From: the human T2T-CHM13v2.0 reference genome, Homo sapiens
Strand: one strand, 5' to 3'
DNA length: 64,000 nt
Assembly (NCBI RefSeq): GCF_009914755.1
Contig: NC_060935.1
This document shows positions 17,622 through 40,960 of this stretch, one piece after another. Under the pieces are notes generated by a model, which was given only the letters and a program-made list of their open reading frames with translations, made no database searches and was not told the origin of the DNA. The position numbers were made by a program, and so were the translations under genes. The first letter of the stretch is position 1, and every line of letters begins with the position of its first letter.

Positions 17622-18300
17622 TATTTTCAATAGTTTATTAGAAATGCATCTGAGAGTAAAGAGTATCTGAGACATTCCTGGAAAAGCACAAACTAGTGGG
17701 GAGAACTGCCCTAACTCATATCAATTATATTAATGGAGACCCTGTGGAATTGATAAATTGTCCAATGAAATTTGTAGGGCTAATAAACAGACCCACTCGT
17801 ACATGAAAACTTGATCAATAACAGAATTAACGATGCATACCTAGGGGGAAATTATGGACTATTCAACACATTGTGAACAAATTGTTTGTAATACATATCA
17901 AGGTGAGATGGAATGAGAAATGGAATCCTTGCTTTACACAAAATTTCAATTCTTGGAAGAATGAAAATATATATGTGGAAGACACAACTTCAAAGGTTTT
18001 AAAATAATATTAGAAACTATGTTTATCAATTTGGTATAGAGAGGTTCTTAAGAACATTACAAAAACTGAAAATTATTAAAAATAGAGATGAACAACACTG
18101 ACAGTAATGATAGTTGCTCTTTAAAGTCTACCATGGAAAAAGTAGAAAACACAAACTGGAAAATGGTTTGCCATTACTAACTGACAAGTTATTAGTATCC
18201 AGACTATATTTAAAAAGAACTACAAATTAATAAGAGAAATGACAAATCAATAGTAAAATGGGCAAAATATGTTATTGCATATTACAGAGAAAAGAAATAG

Positions 18301-18603
<303 letters not shown>

Positions 18604-18716
18604 GAGAAATTCTCAGTCCTGTTAATGAAATGGGAAATTCTCATGAAAACTAAAATAAAACATATACTGTTTAACATGTATACTTTACTCATAGGAGAGC
18701 ATATTGGTAAAACTTT

Positions 18717-19012
<296 letters not shown>

Positions 19013-19326
19013 CATATTGGTGAAACTTTATGTAAGTAATTAATTTTATTTGGTTAAGTAGAAAATATTCATACTCTTCACTTTCTAGAGAAGACAGTTT
19101 CTTGAACACATTTACCAGGAAAGAAGATCATAGAAGCATTTTAGTTAATAGAAAAATCTGAAAACAACAAAACTGACCATCTCAGTATAATGGATACATA
19201 AAATATAGTATATTTATATAATGGATGTTATATAGCAATCTATGATTTATAGCTGTGTATCAATCTAGCCATCTCTCAAAAAGATGATATTAAATACAAA
19301 TAAAAAGTCAGATATGGGTATACCTG

Positions 19327-19757
19327 TGTGAATCCTGAATATCTGAGACAGGTCTCAGTTAATTTAGAAAGTTTATTTTGCCAAGGTTGAGGACGTGTGT
19401 CCATGACAGCCTCAGGGGTTCCTGATGACATGTGCCCAAGGTGGTCAGAACACAGTTTGGTTTTATACATTTTAAGGAGACATGAGACATCAATCCACAT
19501 GTAAGATGAACATTGGTTCTCTCCAGAAAGGCAGGACAACTCGAGGCAAAGGTGGAACAACTCAAGTGGGGAGGGGCTTCCAGTTCTTAAGTAGATAAGA
19601 TACAAATGGTTTCATTCTTTTGCGTTTCTGATTAGCCTCTCCAAAGGAGGCAATCAGATATGCATTTATCTCAGTGAACAGAGGTATGACTTTGAATAGA
19701 ATGGAGGCAGGTTTGCCCTGAGTTCCCAGTTTGACTTTTCCTTTTAGCTTAGTGATT
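19327..19757 (-). mobile_element. MER4A-like ERV1 LTR, one end truncated
   Basis: gagacaggtctcagttaatttagaaagtttattttgccaaggttgagg...gcaatcagatatgcatttatctcagtga matches recalled MER4A antisense. Confidence 0.85.
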
Positions 19758-19900
19758 AAACCCCTAGGGAGATGGATTTTAGGTCTTCTCTTGTTTCCTT
19801 GTTCAGTGATCCTATGATTAAACCTGTTTCTTTGCTGCAACTTGGTTACTCAGCCTATTGACTTGTTTTGCACATTGGGTAACGGACCCATTATAGTAAC
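19758..19900 (+). mobile_element. 3' (R/U5) fragment of a second ERV1 LTR
   Basis: gggagatggatttt...gattaaacctgtttctttgctgcaa...gtaaca; ATTAAA signal and CA terminus. Confidence 0.6.
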
Positions 19901-19964
19901 AATTACTCATTCTCATCTTCCCTTTGAATACTTTTTCCTGCAACCTCATATATGAGGACATGTT

Positions 19965-20130
19965 GTTAGAATTTGCATTGAGATAGTTGTGGTTTAGATT
20001 CTCAGCTCTGCCATTTATATGAATGTAAACAAGTAGCTTAATCTGTAGGAGTTTTTAATTCTCTATTTATAATATGGGGCTAATAAGACCTAGTTTGCAC
20101 TTGATCCATATTTGTATTAAAGAACTAATC
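19965..20130 (+). mobile_element. MIR fragment
   Basis: gattctcagctctgccattta...caagtagcttaatct...ataatatggggctaataa core. Confidence 0.6.
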
Positions 20131-20637
20131 CTAGTCTATCTTATTTGGGGTTTTTCCAAACTTAATTTTAAAACTCTTACCAGTAATCCAAATGTAATGG
20201 TCTTCGTAGTTTCATATAAACTGGCAATGTCTTGTATATAAATGATAGTTTGTTATTGTTGAAGGAATCAATCAATGTTCAAAGAAATATGTGGAGTTTA
20301 GTCAGTATATAGACTAATAATAAGTCCCTCTAAAGGTTGCTGAGAAAGAAAGAAAAGATTAGCAAACATACTAAGTATCAGAATATATATAGTCTATGAA
20401 ATTCAGTAATTACATGCATTTATTTAGCTCATCTATTCCCAAAGAATATTCTCAAAAAAGCATTGATACACATATATGTATATATCAGTTATATAGTTAT
20501 ATGTATATGGATAAATTTTTTACATATTTAATTGAAATGTATTTTTTCTTGGAAAAGTTTATTAGGCAAAAACTGGGAATTTAAGAAAAGTATATTGACC
20601 AGCTGACTAGAATCTTTGATTTTTCCAGGGTCTTATT

Positions 20638-20817
20638 AGTGCTTTGTTCCTTCAGGTGTGGTCCTTGGACCAGCAACATCAGTATCTATATCACCTGAGA
20701 GCTTGTTAAACATTCAGAAATTGGGAGCCCACGCAACATCTACAGAATCAGAATCTACATTTCTACAAGATACTCTGGAATTCATACCTAAATTTTGTGG
20801 TTTGAGAAGTCCTGTAG
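20638..20817. mobile_element. MER5A hAT-Charlie MITE
   Basis: gtgtggtccttggaccagcaacatcag...gcttgttaaa...gaatcagaatctacattt...tttgagaagtcctg. Confidence 0.8.
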
Positions 20818-23498
20818 TGCAGGTGAGTAAATCATCCATTCACAATTTCTTAAATCTATCTGATCAAATAAACCTCTTCCCCATGTTTAATTCCATATTA
20901 CAAGAACTACGGTCACATGAAATAATTTATCTTCCCAGGGGGAATATTCTGTAAAGACAACACAAACATTCTAACCTGTTTGGCAGTTGCTTCTTATTAT
21001 TAATTGTCATTTTGTTCGGTTGTTTACCGTGAGTCTCTTTCGTGAGAATAGGTCTTCTGTGCCTCTTTGTCTTTGGGCAATGTAAAAAAGCAATTACTAC
21101 ATGTGAAAAATTTGAGAAAATTCCCTAGGTTAGTATTTCTCTAATAACACATTAGATGGAAATGTGGTACTAGTGAAAAGGCAGATTCTTGCAATCTGTA
21201 ATAAATCTGACTTTACCAGTGAAGTTTTATCATCTATGTTTTTAACCAGCCCCACATTCTAAAGCTTGTGAATCATTAGACTATTTTCTTGGTGAACCCA
21301 TCAAGAAGCATGTGGTATTTTTAGTTTTTTTTTTTAACATAATATTCAATCTAATGCTCAGCTTTTAATTTTAAACACCTGTTTGAAACTGATAGCCTAT
21401 ACTAAAGAAATAATGCTCACATCTATGGTCCATGAACATCTGAGGCTGTGAAGTCTTCTACTTACTCTTATATTACTCATTATTTTACTTATTCTTTATT
21501 ACTTGGAGGAGTTAAAGGCAAGACTTAACAAGCACAGCAGTTATGTGTACAAATAATGAATGGGTTTATATATAAGACCTAAATGAATTATACCAACATT
21601 TTATATTTATTGCTACCTTAATAATTATTCTTTATTCCTTGTTATTCATATCTACATAGACTCATGTAGAGGAGATAGTTTCTATTTTATTTTTATTATC
21701 AACTAATTTACTTCTCTTATTTAATAAATGCTTAGGCTTTTTAATCCATAAGTTGATGCACCATGTGCTAGGAGAATGTCACAGAAAAAGCAAATTGGCA
21801 AGACCTTATACGTCACAGAAAAAAAGATTTACTTTGTCAGTTTTACAAAGTCATAAAATGGCACTGGAGCAATTGTAAAAAATAATATGAGTAGATATCT
21901 GTTAGTGGTATTCTTTTAGTAAGGGAAATTATTTACTGTGAAAACAAAAGATAAACAAATATATTAATATGTGATCTTGCAAAGTATATAGCTAAAGTTG
22001 TGTAATTACTTTATGAAAATTATAGTGTTTAAGAACTTTCTAGTAAAATAGCAAATAAAAATTTATAAATACTAGGTAATTTGCTGGATGTATTCGACTG
22101 TCACTATTTAAAAAGAAAGCAAAAAAAGATTAATGAAATAACAACAATAAAACCTTCCTGGCCTACAGCTTACTTAAATTACTGAATTTGCATCCTCAGA
22201 AAGTGAAAATAATGGTAAGAATCAATGAGAGGTTACAGAAGCCAAAGCCAATAAAAGAAATAATTCGTTTAGAGCCCAAGATATCAATTATAATTATGGT
22301 AAGAACACTTCCCATTTACTGAAAATTATTTGAATCTAGATTCTCTATTTCATTTCATTGACATGTATATTAGTAGACTTCAAAGTCAGAGTCAGCTGAA
22401 GAAAAAAACAGCAGCTTATTTACAAAGCTTTCCATCACCAAGATTCCTCTTAATCTTGGATGATCAGAACAGTACTAAAACTCCCCCTGCATCACCTCAG
22501 TTCGTATATGTTCCAGATTAACACCTCATACGTCTCATGTTGATGATTTTGGAGTAAGTTGTTTTAAGAGATTTTGTGACTCCTTTTATTGTTTCAGTAT
22601 GAAGGAAGTGAAAGGTGTCATATAAAACCATGTAAAAAAATAAAGAGTTAAAAATTTATTCATTCAGTGTAAATCAATCTGGATTATTTATACTTAAAAT
22701 TCCATATGGACTTAAGCCTTTAAGATGATTTGTGAATGAAGACTATTTATTTTAGCCTCACAATCTGGAGAGAAGCCTATGCTAATTTCAATGGCTAATG
22801 TTCAATTATTCACTTTATTTTTGTTTTAAGTACCTTATTTCTTTCATCATCTCTGCTTCTCTGTCTCATCAGAAACAAAATTCTTCCTTAACCCATTCAA
22901 AAACATCCTCCAATTCAGAAATCTTAAATGAAATCCATGGATCTACTTTGGTTTCAGATTTTGTATCCTGTATAATGAGAGAAGAGTTTTGCCCTAAGCG
23001 AATGTAGAAATATAATTAACCTATTTTATTAGAGACCATTAAAGGCCATACTCCTACTAATGTTTAGAAGCAATGATCTACACCCCTTCATTTGTAAACC
23101 AGTATTGCTATTCTAGACCATGCCTTTAAAAGTTTAATTGCCTTCACTTTGAACTATTTGTGATTAACTTTTTATAGAATAGTTCTTCTAAAAATTTAGT
23201 CGTCAAGTCTTATGACTCAATGTCTTTCCACAGAAGTAGGAAATAAGAGATGTAACCCCAATTTTAAACTACAATAACTAAAATATGATTTTAAAAAATA
23301 GATACTAAAAAAATCAAAATTATCTGTGTTGTGAAAGAGGATAAATATGGAACAGGGAGTTTGTGATTTGATTGATTTAAAGAGGTGAAATTTTTAATAT
23401 GAAAATAATTTTTAAAAATTAAGGAACATAATTTCTATAGATTTTTAAAGTAACCTCTTTAAAAAGGATTATTCATGCCTACGACTAATAAAAACGAA

Positions 23499-23825
23499 GG
23501 ATGGGCGCGGTAGCTCACGCCTGTAATCCCAGCACTTTGGGAGGCCGAGGTGGGCAGATCACAAGGTCAGGAGATCGAGACCATCCTGGCTAACATGGTG
23601 AAACCCCATCTCTACTAAAAATACAAAAAAATTAGCTGGGAGTGGTGGCGGGTGCCTGTAGTCCCAGCTACTCGGGAGGCTGAGGCAGGAGAATGACATG
23701 TACCCAGGAGGCAGAGCTTGCAGCTTGCAGTGAGCCTAGATAGTGCCACTGCACTCCAGCCTGGGCGACAGAGCAAGACTCCATCTCAAAACAAAAAAAA
23801 AATAAATAAATAAATAACAAAATAA
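23499..23825 (+). mobile_element. AluY-like, full length
   Basis: Complete dimer with gagatcgagaccatcctggctaaca and an A/TAAA tail. Confidence 0.97.
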
Positions 23826-24049
23826 CCAAAAAGGAAACACAGTACGTAACAAAAATTAATAATAATCCCATTACCAAAAGTAAAGAGAAAGGACACTGGT
23901 CTGTTCATTTAAGGTATGTATATATCATCCCAAAATTGTATGCATGTATAAGCAGATAAACAAGTATACATCTTTTTTTTACAGAAATAAGAGCTTATAC
24001 ACTTTCTTCTATAATAGTTATTGCTATTTGCACTTACCATATGGATCAT

Positions 24050-24940
24050 CTCATAATACCACATATAAACTTATTTCATTCCTCTTATCTCATTACTGCA
24101 AAGCTAACGGTACTTTGTATGGGTGTTTCACAATTAAGTTATTAATTTTCTTCTGATGAACATTGATTAATTTGCTTTCTGCTTCCCTTTGCTTTCCCAA
24201 CTGCATCACTTAGAAAAATATTAAATAATAATGTGGTAGTTATATCCTGACTTAATGGAAGTCCTTCTAAAATTTCAGCAGTAGGTAATACTGATGGCAT
24301 TTTATTTATACATGCATACACACAGTCATCATGATACAGCAGTTTCCATATCTTCATTTATGTCTATTTTACTAGTATTTTTGGTAGTTGCTATTTTTGT
24401 CTTTGTTTTTGTGTATGTGTTCGTGTGAGTTTTTTGTACTAATGGCTATTGAATATAATTAAATGCCTTTCTGCAGCTATGGAGATAACATTATCTTTTT
24501 CTTCTGTGACTTATTAATGATTTATATTTATAGACTTTCTAATATTCTACTGTTCTTACAAATCTAGAATGAATTATATAAGTCATGATGTGGATATACT
24601 ACCAGATTTTCTTTTCTGTTATTTAAAATAAATTTGAATATATACATGAGTATATATTTTTAGTTGTTTTTTAATACTGGTTTTGTCACATTTTGTTAAT
24701 ACGTCCCAGCCTTTGTTAAGGACAGATCTTTGAAATATTTCCTTGTTCTCTTTACTAAAAAATTTTAAATGGTATTGAAATTGTGTAATTTTGAGAGTTT
24801 GTTCATATTCACTTATAAAATCACATAGGTTTGTGAATTTGGCAATTTGGGAGATATAATGAGGCTTGCTATTAACTTCTTTAATTTCTTCTATAAGAAT
24901 TGGTTTGTATGCCCTTTATATAACTTCATGTGTCTTGTCC
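24050..24940 (-). mobile_element. Degraded ancient L1ME-type fragments
   Basis: aatgcctttctgcagctatggagataacatt and ctttaatttcttctataagaattggttt resemble antisense L1 ORF2. Confidence 0.5.
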
Positions 24941-25183
24941 TTATCCTAGAATATCCTTAAATGCCCAAATAACAAAATAATTTCCTGGGGAAACAAAATA
25001 AACCTCATTTAATCACTTCCCAGTGTAAAATTCATTAATGGTGATCTTCTTGGTGTGTTTAGAGTAAATAAAATACTGCCTACGTAGCACACTTGGTCCT
25101 ATATACTTTGGCTCCAGTCTCTCATTCTAGTCACATTTTTCATGAATCCCATCCACCCCCTCTAGTCCAGTCATATGGAAATA

Positions 25184-25228
25184 TTAGGTTGGTGTAAAAG
25201 TAATTGCGGTTTTGCCATTACTTTTAAT
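25184..25228 (+). mobile_element. Half MADE1 / solo Hsmar1 mariner terminal inverted repeat
   Basis: TA + ttaggttggtgtaaaagtaattgcggttttgccattacttttaat; the second arm of the MADE1 palindrome is absent. Confidence 0.9.
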
Positions 25229-25349
25229 ACCAGTAAATTCTACAGATGTCATGTTTTCCCACAACCTTCTGGATTTACATTTGTTATTTCCTCAAGCCTA
25301 AAACTGAGGCAAAATTTAACCACTATCTGGACACTTAAGAAATCAGCCT

Positions 25350-25668
<319 letters not shown>

Positions 25669-26534
25669 TCAATTCTCCTCCTTTATATTTTTTCTTAGCA
25701 TTCTTTACATATTTCTATCAAGCAATTACCATACTGTTCATAGTCATTGATTTGGATTTCTGTCTTCCTCTCTCCTATGCTTCCAGAACTGATGACATTA
25801 GCACTTTGCCTGCCATATAGTAGGGTAGTCCTAAATGAGTGTAAAATGCATTACTTCAATTGATAAAAATAAAAAAAAAACTTTGGAAATTTACAACTAG
25901 AATAAGAATTGCTGTCATATTAGAAAATATGTTGTTTCAAGTTTTTCTATTATTTTACAAGTTCATCTTTAACTTCTAATATTCTTGAATATTACAATTA
26001 ACTTATAACAGCACGTAAGAGAATGGGCACTTTCCCCTACCCCAAACCTAATCAAACCAAAACATACCAAAGAAAGCGAACTTGCTAATCTCTTAACAAC
26101 ACAAAAATTCCAATCACACTGTCTATTATCTACCTAAGCAATTTTGTGCCAACTCACAAGAAGAAGACAGGGGCCAGAGATTATTTTCTCCATTTTTTAA
26201 CTGAGGAAAATAAATGTGGATAATTAAAATACTTATTACTTTGTACAGAAAAATTAGATATTCTTGACTTGTAGTTTTGAAATAATAAAAATGAATGTCA
26301 CTCTTTAGATCATATTTTCTTATGGAGAATTGACTATCATCCTGCCTTTGAAAAGGGGATTAATTGCAATATTGCAGTCGCATAACTGAAGATCTGAGAG
26401 TTTGCTTGGCTGCATAACAGAACAAGGAACGACAAAGCTCACAATTTAATTTCTGTTTTACTTAAAACTGAGTGAAATACCAAACAGGAAATTTGAGAGA
26501 ATCAAAGAAAGGAAATACGTATTTTTAACTATTA

Positions 26535-26713
<179 letters not shown>

Positions 26714-26923
26714 TAAAATCCTCCAGGGGAGCAAATAGAATTCGAACCTCAAGGGAATAAAGATGCCAGTTTAATGAGAGAAGGTTTTATTCTTGCTTAG
26801 CAGTTAGATTTACTCAGTGAAATGAGGCAGTAAAGAGGTTTTTAATATAATGATAGGGAGCTGTGCTTTAAATTGAATAAATTTTTATTTTTCAATGGGA
26901 TGTAACTTATATCTAGGTTAGGC

Positions 26924-27000
26924 TTAAGTCTGCTATATCTTCAGTTGTTTAAGTCTCCTATATCTTCAGTTGTTTAAGTCTCCTATATCTTCAGTTGTTT
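26924..27000 (+). repeat. Minisatellite, 25-bp unit x3
   Basis: TTAAGTCT(G/C)CTATATCTTCAGTTGT three times with one mismatch. Confidence 0.95.
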
Positions 27001-28918
27001 GTAGTTTCTCTTTCTCTCTATATAAAATTACTTCAATCTTCAGCATATATATACAATATAACCACTTTAATATTAATCATACATATATCATTACACTAGG
27101 TTGCTGCATATCTTTCAAAATTTCTCATCTGCCTGTGAAAAGAAGAAAAAAAGGGAGAAAGACAGGAAGGGAGGAAAGGAGGAATGGAGGAAGGGGAAAA
27201 AAGAGAGAGAGAGAAAGGAATTTGTTACTCAAAAAGTGAAAATATATCAGACGAGTACTTAAAGTCTGGAAGTCTGGAGAATACACATGATTACTTCCTC
27301 TTTAGACCACATATAATTTGACTTGTAAAATATTGGAGATATTCAAATAATTTTTGTGTTCTTTCCTGTCATAGTTTTCTATTCTTTATTTGATTAGTGT
27401 TAAATGTATATATAAAAATGACTTGTGTTGCTTATAATGTTAAAAATACAGGGGATATTTTGATTGCTATAACACAATAATGCTAAATTAGCTCTCAGTA
27501 TTATTTTACCATTAATATATACAAAGGGCTAAATTTACCCTTTGAGATATCAAGATTCTAATCTCTGGAGAATGAAATGGTGTTTTAATAGACTGCAATT
27601 CTGATGTTTCACATATAACCAGATGAAACAGAAATTAATATAATTTGGCTTTCTTTCAATAATTACTAAAATGGAAATTATTAAAAATTTTAAATCACAT
27701 GTAGGAATCAGTTATAATAAGAGATTCTCTAAGATTCTCTAATTGTTTACTTTTCTTCTATTAATAAGTTATCTGTACAACTAAAATAATCTGAAAATGG
27801 ATAGTTTTAGTCTACTTTTCCACCACCTTAAGGGCAATAATTTTATGTAATGTTGAGGATCTTATATGAATTACCAATGAAAATAATCTGTATTCTTACT
27901 TTATTTTTTGTTTGGCGTGGATAAGGGGATGGCATAGCAAAAATAATGCGATTGTAAAATGAATTAATATACACAATTCCTTTCTTAGCTAATATACCAA
28001 TGCAATCATTGTGGATCACATAATAAACAGCTTTACATCCACATTATAGAAAATTCTTAGCTTATAGTTCATTTGCTATTATAAACATACCAGGAAGCCT
28101 TGGATGACAGGTAATTCACAAATACAATATCCTATACTAATTGAACCAGGATGAAATAGAAGAACAGTAATCAAAAATGATTTCACATTCTGCTAACCTT
28201 CTGGATTGAAAATGGTATCTTCTCCCCAAGGGGAAATATCGTGGCAGCCTTAAACCAACAAGAACTATATATATATATATCAACCCAGTGTCTGATGAGA
28301 AAGAGAGAAATCTAACAGCATAGCTTTCAGTTACCAAGTAAAAATACCTGGGAAGAAAGGGATAATTAGAAATGAAGGAAGCTACATTGACAAAAGTAAA
28401 TAGGATTCAATGTCCTGTTTTGATTACACTCTGGTTGTCTGTTTTAAACTTACTGTATATTTGTTTTGATAGTTGCTTCCCTCTCCTTTCACCTCCTCTT
28501 ATTTCTTTTACCTTGGACAAAATTTTTTGACAAATATTCTGCATAAATCGAAATAAATACTTCATGGCTTTTAACAGGTAATAACATTTACATTAAATTT
28601 CCTTTTATTTCATCTTGGACAGCATAATAAAGATCTTACAAATTAAAAGAAATTCAAAAAGAGCATCCACACATGATTGTGGATGTCTACTCTACAGACC
28701 TTGCATATTTTGTAGAATTAAAGAAAATATCTTTTTTAGAGAATTAAAGACAGTATCTTTTTTAAAAGGATAGGAAATACTGATGAATGGAATAGCTAAT
28801 TATATTTCCTCATCCTAAATCAAGACTGTTTTCTGATGAAGATGACAAATAACTTTTCTATCATGTTTTTGAAAAGTGTTTGAAAAACTTCTCTAATTTT
28901 ATGAATAATATATTTTAA

Positions 28919-29402
<484 letters not shown>

Positions 29403-30112
29403 CGTGTCTTTTATTTCTGGTATATTGCTATAACACTAAATATTCCATTGTCTTTTTTAGAGATAATCAGTGTGAATTAAAATTTACCAGAAGATGACAT
29501 GTTAATTTATTATTGGGCATCTGTTCATACTTCGATTCATAAACTCTTCAATTTTATATAGTTTATTTGATTAATAAAATTAATCAAATAAATTGAACCT
29601 TGACATAGCAAATGTAGGAAACAAAAGAGAATGTATTTTCGTACTATAAACTACTCACAAAGTATTCATATACTTTACTTCCTATTTAAAATATAATGTA
29701 TAATCAAAGTATAAGTAAACAAATACAAATAGGAATTATCTAATTTTTAAGTGATTTTTATTGTGTGAGGTGGCTCATTTCAGAGGACACAATTTGGTAT
29801 GAGATTTGGCATATATTTGGACAAAAGACATAACATTGTTTTACTAAGTAGGTGGACTGGAGTCAAGGCATTGGGGAAATTTTAGAAGTTGGAGGGAGAA
29901 GTAACAGAGATACGCATTTGGAAATCCATTATTGGGTATAGCCATGTTTCATTTCACAGAACAGCAAAAATTGAGTGTATGCTACCAAGTGTAAAATCTT
30001 CATATGAATGGTAAAAAAAGATATCTATCTCAAGCCGTGTTAGTACTTACAGTCTGTTAAAAAGATAAATATTAAATAATTTTTATGAGTGGTAAGTATA
30101 ATTTATAGGAGG

Positions 30113-30838
<726 letters not shown>

Positions 30839-30899
30839 CCTGAGTAAATTAATAAAAATATATGTACAAATTCCACTAATAAATAAAATGTGTATGTAA

Positions 30900-31180
30900 T
30901 ATGAAATATAATAACAAGAAGGTTTAATTTAGACTTTCTGTAAAAGTGACATTTAAGCTGCTGTTCAATAGATGAGCAGGATTTAGCCATGTGAAAGGCA
31001 AGGAGAAGAAAATAGAATGTTCTAAATTAGGAAAAATGAGATGCTTCTCAGGAGCTAAAAAGAGACCTTGTGGCTGGAGCTGGGTGAGAAAGCTGCAGTG
31101 TAGTGGAAAGTGAGTGTGGAAAGATGAGCAACTATCACATCAGAGAGACCTCCTCGTAGGTTACTATGATGACAGTGTTG
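30900..31180 (-). mobile_element. L2 fragment
   Basis: gtgacatttaagctg...gatgagcaggatttagccatgtgaa...tgtggctggagc typical of antisense L2. Confidence 0.6.
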
Positions 31181-33254
31181 AGGCTGATTTTCTTGAGAAT
31201 TTTCCATTGTCTTCAGAATTAGGAAATTTTGTTATTTTGGTATCTGTTAAACCACCTTGAAATCAATAGCCTTTGTTTTGAAAAATCTTCTTTAAACAGT
31301 TAACATGTATAATTATACATTTCTGTTATTTATCTGACGTATTGGTGAAGAACAAGAGGAAGACCAACAACACCTGTGCTATGCAGATGTATTTCTGACT
31401 GTAACAAGATGTTTAAGGCTTATGGCGAGAAGATTGGGTAATACTTTCACAGCTTCTCCAAATTCGAGATTAAAGATGTAGTGATCATGGGATCTCTCTC
31501 TAAACAAAATAATGCTCTTAGATAAATAGATTGTACCATTCACAATGGGACTGATGACTTACTGCACATACATGGTTCAAAATTCTCCCCCTTAAATTTG
31601 GTAAGTTGTATACCTAAGCTAGTTCTAATGACACAATAAGCTTCATGAATAAATAAAATATTCTAAGAGTCTGTATAATAGAACTTCTCACACTTCATTT
31701 TATTATCCCTAAAGCTCAAAGATTCACGATATTTAAAATGGTAATGCCAATAATAGCAACTAAACAGTACTTTAGAGAGTGTATTATGTAAGTATATTTT
31801 GGAGAATTCTTTCAACTTAACAGACTGGTTGTGAGGCAAAAAGATAGAAGACTACCACAATTGAAGGATAACCAGACATTATGGCAAAGGTCTTGAATTC
31901 TGATCTCCTTTCAGTTATGAACCAGTCTTGTAACTTGGGCAAGTTACATAACTTCTCTTGGTCTTGGCTACAGTATCAGAAAATTTAATGTTAGACTAAA
32001 TACGATGACTTTATACATACCTACACAATTTATTCAGATAGTTTCTTAAAAATACCAGAACTAGATTGTAAAAAAAAAAACAAATTGGCCAGTTAAATCA
32101 CTAATTTTGAAAATCAAACTCATTTAATCAATTAGATGTACTACTAGTCAAATCCATTTGATAGCTTAGTTTCTATTATTCCAAATTAAAGTACACAGCC
32201 ACATAGATGAAAATTTACCCAAATATGATCATAAAATTAAGCATACTATCAAGTGAATAGAGTTTTAAGAAAAATTTTGTAATATGAAATATAATGTATA
32301 CTTTACTCAGTGATGGTTTCTACATTGAAAATATTATTGCATTCTAAATATTTTTTATATGGTTTGTGGGATTTATTCTCACACAATGTGATGTTTTTAA
32401 TTGAACTAGGTATGTTTGGTAAAATTATTTATTAAACATATTGAACATTTTTCATATTGAATATAAATGGCCAAAACAGAACTCTTTTCTTTGTCAAACT
32501 TAATAAAACAAATTGAGCCTCTATAAAAATCACCTGCACATATAACATCAGATCCTAACCACTTATGTGAAAATGAGCCAAGATTTAATTAAGGATATTG
32601 TTCATTCAAAATGATCAACTTATTCATTTATATTTATTTTCGTGTGCTTATTGGGAAACAAATGAAGCTTAGTATCTACATGTGATGTCTGAGTTGAATG
32701 TGGAATCCACTTAATTTATGTAAAGAAATTCAACTTAAGAAGAACTGACAGCAACAGAGATCTGGTATATCAATTTGCAACATAAGGTATAAACAATTGT
32801 AGGATTATATAGCCTCAAATTAAATCATTAAAGTAAAAAAAGCTGTTTTTTACATATGCTGAGAAGAGACCATTTGTTCATATTGTTTTATATTTTAAAC
32901 TCAATTTTATTGAGACTATAAGGATATTGATAACCTAGAAAAATAAATTTTGGAGACAAAGTATAAGTAATAATGTATTTTATTATGCTTCATACTCTAC
33001 ATACACTTTATCAGTAATGAAAACAGATATACTTAATGTAATTTGCTAACTTAATATACTTAATGCAATTTGCTAACATACTGCAAAGTAACCATAATAT
33101 GCACAGATGTTAAAATATCGCAGTATACATTATGCTTTTAACCCCAAGTATGGGAAGATTTGCATTGCGTTGTCATACTCTCTCTCAGTGTACATATTCT
33201 AACATACTACTAATATTTGAACGGGTTTATTAATCTCAATTTCAACAACCTCAG

Positions 33255-40495
<7,241 letters not shown>

Positions 40496-40559
40496 TCATA
40501 AAAGGACCTTCTTGCTAGAGATGGGACCTGGCAGTGTTCCTTGGGCCTAGGTAAAAGTT

Positions 40560-40960
40560 AGTGTTCTAAGCAGTATAAAAAACTGGCTGGCGATATGTTC
40601 TGAAAATTTTTAAAGTAGGAAAACAAATATTCCCTCTAATCCTGAAGTGAGAACCTAGGACTGAGCTTCTGTCTTTACATATTTAGAGAGGTGTATAAGG
40701 AGGCGGGTCTACAAAAGAACTAAGAAGTATCCTGTGATTCAATTAGGATCTAAAGAGTGTGGCATCACTCAAGTCCAGAGTAAAAATGTTTTAATACATA
40801 GGCAGAGAGCATTAAAGTTGTTGAAAGTTGCTGTCAAGTCAACCAAGATAAATGAGAAAAGGGCTATTGATTTTAACAATATGAATTGTTGATGGTAACA
40901 GAAGAAAGAAAAACTGTAGTGAAAGAGCTTGAAAAGGATTAATTAGAATAAGTTAAAGAA
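40560..40960 (-). mobile_element. L2 fragment
   Basis: gagtgtggcatcactcaagtccagag...gttgctgtcaagtcaaccaagataaatgagaaaagggctattgatttt. Confidence 0.5.

Noticed and set aside
26924-27000. CRISPR-like 25-bp repeats
   Set aside because: Units are contiguous with no spacers, there are no cas genes, and the context is eukaryotic.
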